A stretch of 63,744 nucleotides of DNA, filler included, from Octopus bimaculoides (lineage: Eukaryota): assembly GCF_001194135.2 (NCBI RefSeq). It is 6 parts of 6 records of this genome, joined end to end, with 100 filler letters (N's around TTAATTAATTAA, not from the genome) between each part and the next. Parts side by side here need not be neighbours in the genome. Positions count along the whole stretch, not along the records: positions 57,841 to 62,341 come from NC_068981.1; positions 62,442 to 63,744 come from NW_026311683.1; 4 more parts are not named here. The stretch is one strand, 5' to 3'. A program made the translations under genes and the position numbers. This document shows positions 61,611 through 63,744 of the stretch, piece after piece (within the stretch, counting starts at the first letter, position 1; each line of letters opens with the position of its first letter). Below the pieces are notes generated by a model. That model did no database searches, was not told where the DNA came from, and worked only from the letters and a program-made list of their open reading frames with translations.

Positions 61611-62079
61611 TACCCTATAAATTCTTACTGTTGAAATGATATTGCCTGTCAATGCACAATCATTCCTAACAACTTTCAAAAATATCTTTATGCATATATT
61701 ATATAATCCTTACAAACTCAGATGCAAAGCACTTACAGATTTATTTAAATATCTAAATAAAAAAATAAAAGACAAAAACTTCTATTATTAATTACACTTG
61801 AATACTGAAAGATAGGTCAGTCCTATATTCACGCAATTGTAGTATTTAATCTTAAGCTAAATTTGATACTGAGAAATTAGATGCCCTGTAATTAATACAC
61901 CACTGAGAGTTATGAAATCCTCATTCTCAAACAGTCATTCTGAGAGAATAAATAATATACATATCCAGAAGAAGCTGTGATCTTGTGCACACTAACAATC
62001 ACTTCTTTACTCACATCACTAGTTTTTTGTGCATGCTTGTGTGTGTGTGTGTGTGTGTGTGTATATCGAAATCAAACTA

Positions 62080-62341
62080 AATTCGACGACTGGCACCCAT
62101 GCCAACCTCTCCTTCATTGGACACTAAACTCTGCTTGCGAAGACCTGTTGGGGCAAGTAAAATCGAAATAGTAATTGAACCATATTCGATGACTGGCACC
62201 TGTGCCAGTGGAGCACTAACAGCACTGTCCGAGCATGATCATTGCCAGTACCGTGTGACTGGCCCTCGTGCCAGTGGCACGTAAAAGCACCTACTACACT
62301 CTCGGAGTGGTTGGCGTTAGGAAGGGCATCCAGCTGTAGAA
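62080..62341 (+). mobile_element. Family D repeat body, truncated by a gap
   Basis: GGCACCCATGCCAACC...CCAGTGGCACGTAAAAGCACCTACTACACTCTCGGAGTGGTTGGCGTTAGGAAGGGCATCCAGCTGTAGA, the reverse complement of 13420-13490. Confidence 0.75.
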
Positions 62342-62616
62342 NNNNNNNNNNNNNNNNNNNNNNNNNNNNNNNNNNNNNNNNNNNNTTAATTAATTAANNN
62401 NNNNNNNNNNNNNNNNNNNNNNNNNNNNNNNNNNNNNNNNNATATTATTTACACGTCGAAGAAAAACTTTAATACTTAAGTGATATATTTACTCTGCGGC
62501 TAAAAAGCATAACGACTGCTTTACTGACGAATCTCATATCTTTTGAGTTTTAACTAGGCCGTCAATTGTCGGTACGCTGCCGGTAAAAATATTTGTTAAT
62601 CATGCACTTACCTATA

Positions 62617-63530
62617 GGCGCAGGTGTGGCTCACAGGCACAGGCGTGGCTCATAGGCGCAGGCGTGGCTTTGTGGTAAGAAGCTTCTTTCCTAACATGGT
62701 TCCGGGTTCAGTCCCACTGCATGGCACTTAGGACAAGTGTCTTCCACTATAGCCTCGGGCCAACCAAGGCCTTGTCAGTACATTTGGTAGACGGAAACCG
62801 AAAGGACTTGTCGCATACTTGCGCATATATTCCTCAATGGTACAAATTTAATTTGTGGTCCGTGGGAAGAGCCATTCTAACAATGCTTCCTGCCCTAACT
62901 CTTCGAAACGCTTAGTTTTAGAATGGTGGCAGCTGATGAAGGAAATGTTCTCTATGTGGCCTGTGTGTTTTCCGTACACTGTTTATCATTTTGTCCACGT
63001 TTTTTTTGCTACGTCCTGTACCCAGATATGCAACTATATATATACATGTAGATGTAGGTATGTACATAAATATATGTATATATGCATATACTCATATATA
63101 TATATGGGTGTATGTGTGTGTGTGTGTATTTGTGTGTGTGTATTTGTATGTGTATTTGTGTGTGTTTTTGTGTCTGTGTACCTGCCCCCGCCGCATGACA
63201 ACCGGTGCTGCAGTGTTTACGTCCCCGTAACTTAGCAATTCGGCAAAAGAGCCCTATAGAATAAGTACCAGGCTTAAAAATGGCAAAGCATCAGTGCTTC
63301 CGGCAACCAATTCATCCACCTGCTTTTCATTAGTCTTAATTCCACCACAATATAAATTACAATGCGAGCCAAAACTTCGCAGGCGTGGCTGCGGTAAAAG
63401 GTTTGTTTCTCAACCATAAGGAACCAGGTTCCGTCCCACTTGGTCAGGTATCTTCTCTACTATATCCTCGGGCTGGCCAAAGCCTTGGCAGGAGATTTGG
63501 TAGACAGAAACTGAAAGAAGCCCGTCGTAT
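62617..63530 (+). mobile_element. Family A SINE with a triplicated 5' head, internal insertion and 3' module, followed by another family A copy at 63380-63530
   Basis: Head at 62617-62810, dispersed-repeat insert at 62880-63030, TA/TG tract, then the 3' module TGACAACCGGTGCTG...TAGAATAAGTACCAGG at 63195-63275. Confidence 0.72.
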
Positions 63531-63744
63531 CTCTCTCTCTATATATATACATATATATGTTCTTAACCACCAACTTAACACTACACACTGAATCGTGGCA
63601 AGGTATGGACGGTTTTCGGAGGACCGGAGAGATTATGTGTGGGTGGAGAATTATACGAGGTATAGTGCTATGCAGAATACCGAAAAGATCTTCACCTCTT
63701 ACATCACACCTTTCTTCCTACTTTAACGCCGATGTGGTATAATT

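Overview
Animal (eukaryotic) genomic DNA, almost certainly a coleoid cephalopod and most likely Octopus. This is inferred from the very dense (TA)n/(CA)n/(AAT)n microsatellites, octopus-type tRNA-derived SINEs and mariner fossils. The assembly is gappy. Five 44N-TTAATTAATTAA-44N linkers mark artificial contig joins, so adjacency across them is not guaranteed. Three spliced protein-coding genes can be reconstructed, all on the minus strand and all partial: (1) CPSF4/CPSF30, four coding exons at 8147-2857 covering all five CCCH fingers, 3' end not found; (2) an ABHD4/ABHD5 (CGI-58) family hydrolase, four exons at 23322-20209 including the stop codon, 5' end uncertain; (3) the last three exons of an SLC8/NCX Na+/Ca2+ exchanger at 48099-44139. 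Two intact tRNA genes, Lys(CTT) and Thr(AGT), lie upstream of CPSF4. The rest is repeats: several SINE families, mariner DD34D and maT-like fossils, TTAA-flanked and mariner-derived MITEs, CR1/L2-type and HERO-type LINE remnants, and a ~6.5 kb 30/34-bp satellite with higher-order structure. No clear novel multi-gene system is supported. The best leads are a minimal type I hammerhead ribozyme motif (41170-41206), a 141-bp-arm near-perfect foldback (16085-16370), an inverted LINE pair beside a CPSF4 splice acceptor, an ABHD4/5 protein that carries both the catalytic Ser and the ABHD5 lipase-coactivation residues, and the structured satellite.
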